64,000 bases of DNA, from positions 14,695 through 78,694 of the forward strand of contig JBBFKW010000012.1 of assembly GCA_037481835.1 (NCBI GenBank), in the 5' to 3' direction. The notes under the pieces are model-generated. The model saw only the letters and a list, made by a program, of their open reading frames with translations, was not told the DNA's origin and did not search any database. The DNA comes from Desulfosoma sp. (GTDB lineage: Bacteria > Desulfobacterota > Syntrophobacteria > Syntrophobacterales > DSM-9756). Positions 9,980 to 20,010 of the stretch are shown piece by piece (the first letter of the stretch is position 1; every line of letters starts with the position of its first letter). The position numbers were made by a program, and so were the translations under genes.

Positions 9980-10399
9980 CTAGGGCCCAGGGGGATCGGC
10001 ATCCTCGGCCGGCAAGGCGGGTTGCCGGCCTTCGTGCTGAGCCCACTTCCTTCGGCTCATCATGCCGAAGGGGCTCAAAAGGGGGATGAGCCACAGGAGA
10101 TTCCACCAACTCAAGCCGGCGTTCTTCATGCCGCCGAAGGCCCAGAAGACCCACACCACGGCGGCAAGAAACACGCCGTAAGGGGCGAGCATGAGCTTCC
10201 AATACGGTGTGGAAGGATGCCTCCAAGGGGCGAAGGACATGACGGCGGCAACAGCCGCCGCGCACAACAAGAGCCCCGAAAAACCCGGGCCGATCCTCCT
10301 TTGATGGAAAAAGACGAGGGACAGGACAAACACCCACAGGAACCCACCCATCCACCCGCCGGTCCAGCCGACTTTTTCACCGCTTCTCTTTCCGCTCAT
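9980..10399 (-). CDS. Small multi-TM hypothetical membrane protein
   Basis: Trp/Gly-rich with about 4 hydrophobic segments; GGAGG upstream. Confidence 0.6.
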   Translation of the reverse strand: MSGKRSGEKVGWTGGWMGGFLWVFVLSLVFFHQRRIGPGFSGLLLCAAAVAAVMSFAPWRHPSTPYWKLMLAPYGVFLAAVVWVFWAFGGMKNAGLSWWNLLWLIPLLSPFGMMSRRKWAQHEGRQPALPAEDADPPGP

Positions 10400-10471
10400 A
10401 CCCCCCCCTCCTGCCCAAGCTCTGCCGTCCCGCCTCTCCGGCCTTCCGCCTTGGGTTCAAGTCGGTGCGGC

Positions 10472-11395
10472 TCAATAACCGCCTTCCACCCGGACGGAAA
10501 ATTCCAGCCATAGGATTTCCGGGCACCCGCCCTCGCCGGGCGCCAGTTGAAATTTCTCAATGGTCAGGCCCCCCCGGCCGAATTGCTCCACGGCTTCAAT
10601 GTCTTCCGGCCCGGCGAGGCTTTTGCCCACTTCGGGAGAAAAGATGAATTCTCTCGGGTTGCCGGGACCTGCATCGGCGGAATATTCGCGCGTCGGGCAC
10701 CGGGAAGGATCGTCAAGGAAGTGCCAGCCTTCAATAAAGCGCGGGTTGGGGACAAAGTGCAGAGGCGGCGTGAGCCGAGCAAGGTTTTCCTCGCGGCCGG
10801 ACTCTTCGATGCGAATCTCCCAGCCGCCCGATGAGGGTTCGAGGACGAAGACGAAACGGGGGCCGAATGGACGGGCGTACCGTTTCCCCTGATCCACCCG
10901 GTCGCGGAACGTCTCCTGGAAACGGGGATAAAGAAGCCGGCGCTTCAGCTCATCCAGGCTCATGCGCTTGGTCTCGGTTTGGGATCCGTCCAGGCTTCCG
11001 ACGACGTCCCCGTTTTCCACCCGGAGCCAATATTCCCCGCAGTGGGAAAGCGCCGGCCCTTCTGCGGGCTTGGACCCCGGCCCGTTGAGCGCCAGGATCC
11101 ACTCGGTGCCCACGGGAAAGCTTTCCAGGGGCGGGCGGCACAGCATCCCGTCCCCCATGTGCACCACCATGCCGGAATCGAGCACAGCCCCTCGAAGGGT
11201 TTCTAAAATGACGACATCCATGGCGGGGGATGTGCCGGGATCGTGGCGGGTCACCCGAGCCCGAACGATCAGCGGGGCCTCCTTGGCGACGGCGAGAAAC
11301 GGGCCGTTCCAGGAGCACGAGCAGGCATGGGCGGAAAAGGAAAGCCCCCAAGAGCCGGCGGCCATCACAAGCAGCCCCAGGATTCTTTGCAACAT
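10472..11395 (-). CDS. Secreted hypothetical protein with CSC motif after the signal peptide (TIMP/NTR-like N-domain?)
   Basis: Signal peptide ending AHA, then CSCS; further Cys residues. Confidence 0.65.
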   Translation of the reverse strand: MLQRILGLLVMAAGSWGLSFSAHACSCSWNGPFLAVAKEAPLIVRARVTRHDPGTSPAMDVVILETLRGAVLDSGMVVHMGDGMLCRPPLESFPVGTEWILALNGPGSKPAEGPALSHCGEYWLRVENGDVVGSLDGSQTETKRMSLDELKRRLLYPRFQETFRDRVDQGKRYARPFGPRFVFVLEPSSGGWEIRIEESGREENLARLTPPLHFVPNPRFIEGWHFLDDPSRCPTREYSADAGPGNPREFIFSPEVGKSLAGPEDIEAVEQFGRGGLTIEKFQLAPGEGGCPEILWLEFSVRVEGGY

Positions 11396-11396
11396 G

Positions 11397-12062
11397 TTAC
11401 GGCCTCCCGTGGCCTTCCAGGTAGACGAAGGGCCGGGCTTCCAGATCCGCCGCGAGACAAAGAATCAGCGGGTTGGGCGAGGATCGTGCCGCGTTCAGAG
11501 CTTCGGCGTATCGCCTGGCAAAAACCGACCACGCGTCGTCTTCATGACGGGCCCGTGCGGCCTCGTACGCGGCTCTCAGCCGGTGGGCCTTGAAAAGCTG
11601 AAGAAAAGGGGCGATGGAGGCGCCGGGGTGTTTTACGAGCCACTCGTCGGCGAAATCGGCCTCGCGCAGAGGCCCCTCGCTCGTCCCCTCCCACTCCGCC
11701 CCAAGAGGCAGTGCCGCCGTGAAGGTCTCGGCTTCGGCGCGGGCCTTTCGGCCGACGATGGTGACCATCTGCTCAACGAGATAACGCTTCCTTAGGGGAA
11801 CGGCGTCTTCCGGGGAGGCGGGGGCTTTAAAGCTTCGAAGGATGGAGCGCGCCGGAACGGCGGCGAGATACTTTTGAAGGCACCCCTGCTCCGTCGTGTC
11901 CCTTAAAGGCTTTAGAGCGTCCAGAGGCTGAAGCCCCGTAAAGACGACGTCCGTGAGCGAGGAGCCTTGGGACGACGGATACCCCTTTCCCGCCAGGGCT
12001 TCTTCACCCATCAAAACGGCCGCCACAAGGACCGCCCAAAGACCCCGGAAGATCCGTCTCAT
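11397..12062 (-). CDS. Secreted hypothetical protein
   Basis: MRRIFRGLWAVLVAAVL..ALA signal peptide; GGGGAG upstream; stop abuts next ATG. Confidence 0.6.
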   Translation of the reverse strand: MRRIFRGLWAVLVAAVLMGEEALAGKGYPSSQGSSLTDVVFTGLQPLDALKPLRDTTEQGCLQKYLAAVPARSILRSFKAPASPEDAVPLRKRYLVEQMVTIVGRKARAEAETFTAALPLGAEWEGTSEGPLREADFADEWLVKHPGASIAPFLQLFKAHRLRAAYEAARARHEDDAWSVFARRYAEALNAARSSPNPLILCLAADLEARPFVYLEGHGRP

Positions 12063-12127
12063 CGTTTTCTCCCCTGGAGGTTGGCCCTTCGGCCGGCCGC
12101 TTGCCCAAACCGGGCGTGGGCGGCGCA

Positions 12128-12364
12128 TCAACGCCGCCGCTCCGGCCTTTCCCCTTTCAGCCAAAAGATGCCGACGACAATGATGGAAAGGACGAGGAAC
12201 ACCGCATGAAACCACGCGGTCCCCTTCTTGGGCGCGAAAGCGGCGGCGGCCGTCACGAGGCCCACGTAAACGCCCAAGACCACCCACCCCTGCCACGCGC
12301 ACGGAAGCCCCCAGCCCCATCCGCACCGCTTGGCCGGAAACCAAATGCCTTTGCGCTTTTCCAT
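12128..12364 (-). CDS. Small membrane protein (WFPAKRxGWGWGLP..WQGW type)
   Basis: Trp/Gly-rich N-terminal motif plus two TM segments. Confidence 0.65.
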   Translation of the reverse strand: MEKRKGIWFPAKRCGWGWGLPCAWQGWVVLGVYVGLVTAAAAFAPKKGTAWFHAVFLVLSIIVVGIFWLKGERPERRR

Positions 12365-12467
12365 GGGGAAGCCTTCAGCCCAGGACGGCTTTCTAATCTA
12401 GAACACCATGCTCATAGGGACAATGATAAAACATACCACACATGACCACCGGAACACAGGCAATTCT

Positions 12468-13297
12468 CTTTCGGTTTTCTCTTTCTGGGAACAGCGGCTG
12501 AAACAACACGGCCTTCGGGCAGCCGAGGCATGCCGGATCACTTTCAGTTCACTCTTCACAGGGACAGCGGCTGAAACATGATCCGGTGGACTTCCCTCGG
12601 GTCGGTGATCCGCCTTTCAGTTCCCTCTTCATAGGGACGGCGGCTGAAACTTGTTAGATGCGTATTGCGACTACATGTATGTGTTGCACTTTCAGTTCCC
12701 TCTTCATAGGGACAGCGGCTGAAACTTTGCCCCGCTGCCCGGCCAGGGGGGCTTCATTGACTTTCAGTTCCCTCTTCATAGGGACAGCGGCTGAAACTCA
12801 CGCTCGGAAAGACCCCCATGCCTCGTCTTCGCACTTTCAGTTCCCTCTTCATAGGGACAGCGGCTGAAACATGTGTACTACGAACTGCTCAAGGGCGAGA
12901 AGGAGCCTTTCAGTTCCCTCTTCATAGGGACAGCGGCTGAAACATAACTCTCAAGAGGGCTCTCGACGTCGCCCGGACCTTTCAGTTCCCTCTTCATAGG
13001 GACAGCGGCTGAAACCTTTCCAGGACCGATTTCTTAGAAATCACACAAATCTTTCAGTTCCCTCTTCATAGGGACAGCGGCTGAAACAGCCATGTCATGA
13101 CACGGCCCCGGGGAATCCCCGCAATTTTCAGTTCCCTCTTCATAGGGACAGCGGCTGAAACTACACCATCGAGAAGTCTGACTTGGAGCCGGTCAACTTT
13201 CAGTTCCCTCTTCATAGGGACAGCGGCTGAAACGTTTGGAAAGGCCGTAAAGGTAGCCGTAAGGTTCTCTTTCAGTTCCCTCTTCATAGGGACAGCG
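12468..13297 (-). CRISPR. CRISPR array, trailer part (12 repeats incl. degenerate terminal ones and one truncated by the IS; 11 spacers)
   Basis: 37-bp repeat GTTTCAGCCGCTGTCCCTATGAAGAGGGAACTGAAAG (minus strand); mutated repeats at 12468, 12541, 12614 mark the trailer end. Confidence 0.97.
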
Positions 13298-13577
13298 TCG
13301 GAGTGACAACCGAAAATTGACCATCTGTGACAACCGAATTTTGACCACCCTGAGCCATGCGTCATTGAGGATGAGAAGGGGCGCGTCATCCTCCTTCCAC
13401 CCGTGTGTGAACTGCCGGAGAAACGAAGGGAGCCCGTAGGGCGACCCAAGTTTCTCCGGCTTCTGCCACCTGGTTCATCCTTCTTGGGGTGTCCGCCGTA
13501 TGATGAGATTCTTGACCCTTTTGAGCTGTGAACGCGATAAACCCAAATCCACCTCCCCCAGGCCGCAACCTGGTGAC

Positions 13578-14438
13578 TCATAGGGGGTCCGCCTCGACCC
13601 TTTCAGGCTCCGGGATAGGAGCCGCAATCTTGCCTCTGGGGAGCATCGTTTTTCCCCTGTCCCCTCCCTGCAGACTGTTTCGGGCTCCGCCTTTGGATTT
13701 CAGGCTCTGCTTCAGGCGGTAACTCTCCCAACTGCAGTTGATGATGTGGGCCCTGTGGGTGAGACGATCCAACAGGGCGGCCGTCATGGTCGGATCCCCA
13801 AAGACCTGGGTCCAGTCGGCAAACCCCAGGTTCGTTGTGATGATCACCGAGCCCTTCTCGTGGCGTTCCGCCAGGACTTGGAACAACAGCTCCGAACCTT
13901 CCTTGGAAAAAGGAATGTAGCCCAGCTCGTCCAGAATCAGCAGGTCGTAGCGAACGTATTTTTGAATCAGCCGCTGGAGCCCCCTTTCCTCTCTGGCCTC
14001 CACCAGTTCGTTGACCAACCCGTAGCAGGTGACAAAACGGGTCCGATAGTTCTTTCGGCACGCTTCCATCCCCAGCGCCGTCGCCATGTGGGTTTTGCCC
14101 GTTCCGCTTCGGCCCAGGAAAATGACATTGCGCCTTTGTTGGACATACTCACCCTCCACCAGATCTCGGAAGAGCCTCATGTCCAGGTCCGGCACCGCCT
14201 CGAAATCAAAGCTTTCCAGGGGCTTGAGAAGGGGAAATTTGGCTTCCTTGATTCGCCGATTCAGACGACTTTCCGCCCGAGCCTGGAGTTCGGCATGGGT
14301 CAGCGCCAAAAGGAACTCTTCACAGCCGATCCCTGCCTCTTTCGCCTGACGCAGCAAGACTTCCACGCTGCGAGCCACTCTCGAAAGATTCAAGGCTTTC
14401 AGGTTGGCCTGCAGTTCCACCAAAGCAGCCGGCCTCAT
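13578..14438 (-). CDS. istB: IS21 helper AAA+ ATPase IstB
   Basis: GRSGTGKTH, LLILDELGY, ITTN, DRLTH, SYR; ATGA overlap with the istA tail. Confidence 0.95.
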   Translation of the reverse strand: MRPAALVELQANLKALNLSRVARSVEVLLRQAKEAGIGCEEFLLALTHAELQARAESRLNRRIKEAKFPLLKPLESFDFEAVPDLDMRLFRDLVEGEYVQQRRNVIFLGRSGTGKTHMATALGMEACRKNYRTRFVTCYGLVNELVEAREERGLQRLIQKYVRYDLLILDELGYIPFSKEGSELLFQVLAERHEKGSVIITTNLGFADWTQVFGDPTMTAALLDRLTHRAHIINCSWESYRLKQSLKSKGGARNSLQGGDRGKTMLPRGKIAAPIPEPERVEADPL

Positions 14439-15933
14439 AGCGCACCCCCCAGCTGCCCGTAGACGGACACATCGGCCGGTAGAAGCGATGACCAAGCCCT
14501 CAGGGGCTCCGATTTATGAACCTCGCAGGCCTTTTGCGCCAAAAGATGACGAACTCCGTCGCTCGTGCTCACTCGGTTTGTGCCGGCCTCCTCCACGGCC
14601 GCTTCCATCTCATCAGCCGGATGTTCTCGGTACAGCATGAGCACCGTGATGAAATCCTTGATTCCTTTGGTCTCCCCCTGGGCCTCGCAAAACCGCTCCA
14701 GAAGGACATGAAGACCATGGGGCCGGCTCTCACGCCATTGGCGAATCGGTCTCGCACTATGAAGGCCCTCGGCCGCTGCTGGATCAACTCCAGATAATGA
14801 TCCGCCTGGAGGCACCACTTGTTGTTGCCGTACATCCGCTCATGAAGGGCCAGCTTTTTCCCGTTACTGAAAACCTCCACCCGATCCACGTAGAGCAGAA
14901 CCTTGGCCTTGAAACCCGCGTAAGCACTGGGTACCGAGTAGCGATTCTTGTCCGCAACCACCGTGGCGTACTTATCGACACGCGCCTCCAAAAACCTCAC
15001 GTTGCTGAACCCCTCCCGCGGAAGCGGCAAAAGGTGCTTCTTTTCCTCCTCGTACAAAGCGTTCACCGTCCGATCCCGCCCCGCCATCTTGTGGTTCCCG
15101 TAGGACAAGCACTGTTGCAAAATCTTCTCGTTGAGCTCCTCGAGGCTTTCGGCCTCCGGAATCGGCACCATGGAATTGCGCCGAGCCAGACCCACCAGGC
15201 CTTCAACGCCTCCCTTTTCATGGGCCTTGCCCGGAGTGCAAAATCTCGCCTCGAAACTGTAATAGGCCTTGAACTTGGAAAAGTCTTCTTGTTCCTGGCG
15301 GTCCTTGCCTCGCATGACCTTGCCCACAGCGGTGGTCAAGTTGTCGTAGATCAGAACCGGGAAAACTCCCCCGAAAAACTCAAAGGCACGCATATGGGCG
15401 TCAAAAAAGGCTTGCTGCCGTTCGCAGGGATAAAACCGTACAAAGTGCTTGCCCGAATATGTGCTGCGCATGCAGAAAAACTTCAGTCGCTGCCTCTCCC
15501 CTGCAATCAGCGCTGTCGCTTGGCCCCAATCCACCTCCCCTTCGTAGCCCGCCTCCGGATCGCACGGGATGAAGGCACCGGATCCCCCCAACCCAAACTG
15601 CATCTTGGCCAGCCTCACATATCGGCGAACGGCCGATTCACTGCCCTTAAAGCCGTGTTCATGAACCAAGCGATTGTAGATCCGCCGCGCTGTATGGCGC
15701 TGCTTGGAAGGCTTGTCCTTGTCGCTCTCCAACCATCCGTCGATAATCTTCAGGTACTTGCCCAGGGCCGGAAACGGCTGCTGCTGCCGCTCCCTGTATC
15801 CCCAAGGTTCCCCACGAATCGCCTTCTTCACCGTATTGCGGGAATGGGCGGTCAGACGTGCCGGCTCACTGATGCTTTTCCCATAGACCCGATAACCCGT
15901 TCTGATCAACTCGTATTGGTCCATCTTGAGCAC
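14435..15933 (-). pseudogene. istA: IS21 transposase IstA with an apparent 1-nt frameshift near 14760
   Basis: HTH, EVDWG, YDNL, EKGGVE in 14569-15933 frame; natural C-terminus (HSARPIRQW...PADVSVYGQLGGAL*) lies in another frame ending 14435. Confidence 0.8.
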
Positions 15934-16086
15934 TTTTCTCCTCCCGTCTTGTTGCTCCCGTTCTCGCCAACTTAACAGGAGGACTACCGCCCAGGATGGT
16001 CAATTTTCGGTTATCACTCGCCCCTTTTCCTGGTCAATTTTGGGTTATCACAACCAGATTGGCCGTTGATGACATCTCGACCATAA

Positions 16087-18881
16087 CTTTCAGTTCCCTC
16101 TTCATAGGGACAGCGGCTGAAACTGGGGATCGAACGGATTCCCCGCCCCGCCCATGAGGCCCTTTCAGTTCCCTCTTCATAGGGACAGCGGCTGAAACGT
16201 TTTCTCACTCCGCGGCGTCATGAAATGGCAATGGCTTTCAGTTCCCTCTTCATAGGGACAGCGGCTGAAACCATTTTTTTGGGGGGCTTTTTGTGCTCAA
16301 CGAGACTTTCAGTTCCCTCTTCATAGGGACAGCGGCTGAAACGATAGGGGCACCCTTCCCGCGGGAACCATCCTCCGCCTTTCAGTTCCCTCTTCATAGG
16401 GACAGCGGCTGAAACTGATTGTTCGTGTGCGAATAGTTCGTGTGATAATCTTTCAGTTCCCTCTTCATAGGGACAGCGGCTGAAACTAAAATGTAAATAT
16501 TTAAACAAACATTTTAAAACACTTTCAGTTCCCTCTTCATAGGGACAGCGGCTGAAACAGTATATCGAAAGTTTTGGATACAGACAAAAGACCTTTCAGT
16601 TCCCTCTTCATAGGGACAGCGGCTGAAACTCTTTCGTTTGTCGGATATAGAAGGCGATAATTGTTCTTTCAGTTCCCTCTTCATAGGGACAGCGGCTGAA
16701 ACTGGAAATCCCTCAAGTTGTCTCCGAAATGGATGATCTTTCAGTTCCCTCTTCATAGGGACAGCGGCTGAAACCGATCGCGTTGGCGCGGATGCGTTTT
16801 ATCTAGCAGACTTTCAGTTCCCTCTTCATAGGGACAGCGGCTGAAACCATAACATCAGGAAGTTATGGGTCTTATCTGCTTTACCTTTCAGTTCCCTCTT
16901 CATAGGGACAGCGGCTGAAACTACTACACTGGAACGAAGGCCGACAAAAGCCTTGCCCTTTCAGTTCCCTCTTCATAGGGACAGCGGCTGAAACTGAATG
17001 GGTGATCGTCAAGCCCATCGCATCATAAAGAACTTTCAGTTCCCTCTTCATAGGGACAGCGGCTGAAACCCATGAATAATGGTACATACGGCATACAAAA
17101 CAACCACTTTCAGTTCCCTCTTCATAGGGACAGCGGCTGAAACTTCCCGCTTTGTTTGAAAAGCGGCCTCCCTGTCGGCCTTTCAGTTCCCTCTTCATAG
17201 GGACAGCGGCTGAAACCAAAATCCAAAAACCTGCGCCTAAACCCCAGCACTTTCAGTTCCCTCTTCATAGGGACAGCGGCTGAAACCAAAATCCAAAAAC
17301 CTGCGCCTAAACCCCAGCACTTTCAGTTCCCTCTTCATAGGGACAGCGGCTGAAACATGCTTGAGGCATACCGGCAAAAGTATAGAATCCCCTTTCAGTT
17401 CCCTCTTCATAGGGACAGCGGCTGAAACTCAATGACGACGAGGTCAGAGGTGTCGGCTTCCCAGCTTTCAGTTCCCTCTTCATAGGGACAGCGGCTGAAA
17501 CTCAATGACGACGAGGTCAGAGGTGTCGGCTTCCCAGCTTTCAGTTCCCTCTTCATAGGGACAGCGGCTGAAACCTAAGAGAGCCGTGCATCGGCCGCAC
17601 GTTCCTCTCTTTCAGTTCCCTCTTCATAGGGACAGCGGCTGAAACTCCAATCCTCCTTGACGGGGATCCAGGTCAAGAAGCTTTCAGTTCCCTCTTCATA
17701 GGGACAGCGGCTGAAACTCCAACCTGGCCCGTGGAATATGAAACCCGCATCAACTTTCAGTTCCCTCTTCATAGGGACAGCGGCTGAAACGTCGTGAATT
17801 CCGTCGTTCCGACGTCACATGACTGCTTTCAGTTCCCTCTTCATAGGGACAGCGGCTGAAACTTCTTGGTAGGTCTTCGCGACATACTTGGCATGGAACC
17901 TTTCAGTTCCCTCTTCATAGGGACAGCGGCTGAAACAACGCGGAATTTCTCGCCCACGAGCTCGAAAACAACTTTCAGTTCCCTCTTCATAGGGACAGCG
18001 GCTGAAACGTTTTGACGGCCCCGAGGCCGGGGGACATTCCCCGCTTTCAGTTCCCTCTTCATAGGGACAGCGGCTGAAACTTGGAAGGTCATTCAGCTTG
18101 AGACGTCAGCGTCCGCCTTTCAGTTCCCTCTTCATAGGGACAGCGGCTGAAACCGCAGGGGCGGTGCGAAGTGGTCTCTAAAATCGTTCTTTCAGTTCCC
18201 TCTTCATAGGGACAGCGGCTGAAACAGGAGGATGCCGAGACAAAAAACTCCTAGACTACCTTTCAGTTCCCTCTTCATAGGGACAGCGGCTGAAACTGGT
18301 CTGACCATTCCATGACGACGTGTGCGGGTTATCTTTCAGTTCCCTCTTCATAGGGACAGCGGCTGAAACGAACAGGCCGTTCGGCAGCAACTGGAATTAA
18401 AAATCACTTTCAGTTCCCTCTTCATAGGGACAGCGGCTGAAACATGAATCCCGAGACCGGCGAACCTTACTTCACGATCCTTTCAGTTCCCTCTTCATAG
18501 GGACAGCGGCTGAAACAGAACCTCATGGAAAAGGCGGAATTTGAAAGAGCGTCTTTCAGTTCCCTCTTCATAGGGACAGCGGCTGAAACTAAAATTTTTG
18601 GATCCAAGGTAGCCCCTCATCAAGCCTTTCAGTTCCCTCTTCATAGGGACAGCGGCTGAAACTTGAAGTCGTCGTCCAAGCGGTGGACCATACCAAGGCT
18701 TTCAGTTCCCTCTTCATAGGGACAGCGGCTGAAACTCGAACTCCGCCGAGAGACGCACGAGGCTGTCTAACCTTTCAGTTCCCTCTTCATAGGGACAGCG
18801 GCTGAAACCTTCAAGAAGTACAGAACAAGGTCTTTCAATTCGTTCTTTCAGTTCCCTCTTCATAGGGACAGCGGCTGAAAC
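16087..18881 (-). CRISPR. CRISPR array, leader-proximal part (39 repeats, 38 spacers of about 33-38 bp, plus a 30-bp spacer remnant at 16057-16086)
   Basis: Identical 37-bp repeats ending GAAAG on the minus strand; counted by eye. Confidence 0.98.
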
Positions 18882-19037
18882 AGATAGCTGACGGGCCGAT
18901 TTTCCTCGCTTTGCGGCTTTCGGCCAACGAGATTTTTTCGAAAACCATCCAACCGCATTATGACCCCCACCCTTTTGCGAAAATGCCTCACTCGCACTAC
19001 GCCAAGTCCCTCCCTCCTGGCAAGGCAGAAACAGCTC
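18882..19037 (-). promoter_or_regulatory. CRISPR leader
   Basis: Non-coding segment between the cas4 stop and the first perfect repeat, opposite the degenerate end. Confidence 0.75.
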
Positions 19038-19661
19038 TTACCATATGTCCCGACAGAAATTTCGGTATTCACAGTCTATACATTTTGCCCTTTCCTTAGC
19101 CGCCCTTGGAAAATCTTCCCCTCGGATCATTCCGCGAATCTTCTCCAAAGTGGCAAGACATTCGTCTTTTAAGGCTCTTGTCATGGGACAGGCAACGACA
19201 TCCCCTTGCTTTAGCAGGTAGACAAAACCCGTGGAGACCTTCTTTCCCAGCTGGTCTTCCACAAGAAGGGAATAGCCTCCAAGCTGCAAGATATGATTTC
19301 GCCGCACCGTGCCAGGCGTCCACTTGAAATCGACTGGAAAGCACTCGGAGTCCGTCTCCACAAGCAGGTCCAGCTTCCCCGAAAGGCCAAGTTTTCTTGA
19401 ATAAAGCCAAACGTCGAAGCTTCTCCTTCCCTCAGCGAGATTATAGCGTTTGAGCTTGCGCCGCTTTTCAAGCCTTTGGATGTCCTCCTGAGCCACCTTC
19501 CCTTTCTCCATCTTGTAGGTGGCCTTGTGTTCCACGGGCATGACATATTGGTAGTAAACCACTCTTGGGCAGTAGGCATACTGCTTAAGATCATTCACTC
19601 TCAGTTCCAACAAACCGGCGTTTTCAGGAACGATCACCGGATCACGGCCGATGGCCATCAT
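19038..19661 (-). CDS. cas4: CRISPR-associated exonuclease Cas4
   Basis: DLKQYAYCPR, GKLDLL, PVDFK, QLGGY, C-terminal CxxCxxxxxC. Confidence 0.92.
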   Translation of the reverse strand: MMAIGRDPVIVPENAGLLELRVNDLKQYAYCPRVVYYQYVMPVEHKATYKMEKGKVAQEDIQRLEKRRKLKRYNLAEGRRSFDVWLYSRKLGLSGKLDLLVETDSECFPVDFKWTPGTVRRNHILQLGGYSLLVEDQLGKKVSTGFVYLLKQGDVVACPMTRALKDECLATLEKIRGMIRGEDFPRAAKERAKCIDCEYRNFCRDIW

Positions 19662-20010
19662 GGTCGGCCTCCCTCTGCCACTTGACGAATTCTTTGCACT
19701 CTCGGAAGTCTTTCTCACACACCGGTTGAATCAACACCTTGCCTATGCAGCCGTCAAGGCTGTCCCGAAGGCGAACGGCCAATTCCTCCCTCCGATTTCT
19801 CGAAAGGTATCCAACGAATCCACTGTATTGGATTCGTCTCAGTCCGTAATTTTTACAAATGGATGCAAGGCGGTTCCTGATCTTTTCTACATCGATGTCA
19901 TAGAAGACATAGACCAGAACTTCACCCGGCCTGAATACAAGGTCCAAAGCCTCAATGCCCGATTTGACCACATCCGCTCTCTTGCCCGCACCGCCCATCA
20001 TCTTCACCAC
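19642..20010 (-). CDS. cas2: CRISPR-associated endonuclease Cas2 (start uncertain)
   Basis: YVFYDI...R...CKNYGLRRIQYSGF motif. Confidence 0.92.
   Translation of the reverse strand: MVKMMGGAGKRADVVKSGIEALDLVFRPGEVLVYVFYDIDVEKIRNRLASICKNYGLRRIQYSGFVGYLSRNRREELAVRLRDSLDGCIGKVLIQPVCEKDFRECKEFVKWQREADHDGHRP

Larger units (their letters stand above)
13298..16056 (-). mobile_element. IS21-family insertion sequence interrupting the CRISPR array
   Basis: istA-istB pair; imperfect terminal IRs TCGGAGTGACAACCGAAAATTGACCA / TGGTTGTGATAACCCAAAATTGACCA, each with a second internal copy (about 13328, 15997-16017). Confidence 0.92.

Noticed and set aside
9980..12364. Integron cassette array
   Set aside because: No attC-like RYYYAAC...GTTRRRY structures or integrase visible between the genes
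13298..16056. CRISPR-associated transposon (IS21 plus type I-B)
   Set aside because: Cas3 is intact, there is no tniQ/tnsABC, and the IS disrupts a repeat with cas genes outside its ends; looks like an ordinary insertion
17646..17680. Possible self-targeting spacer (shares GGGGATCCAGGTC with rimM near 40219)
   Set aside because: Only about 13 nt match; no full spacer match to the window was seen by eye (not exhaustive)
12658..18092. Short ORFs with repeated VSAAVPMKRELK / FSRCPYEEGTE peptides
   Set aside because: Translations of the CRISPR repeat
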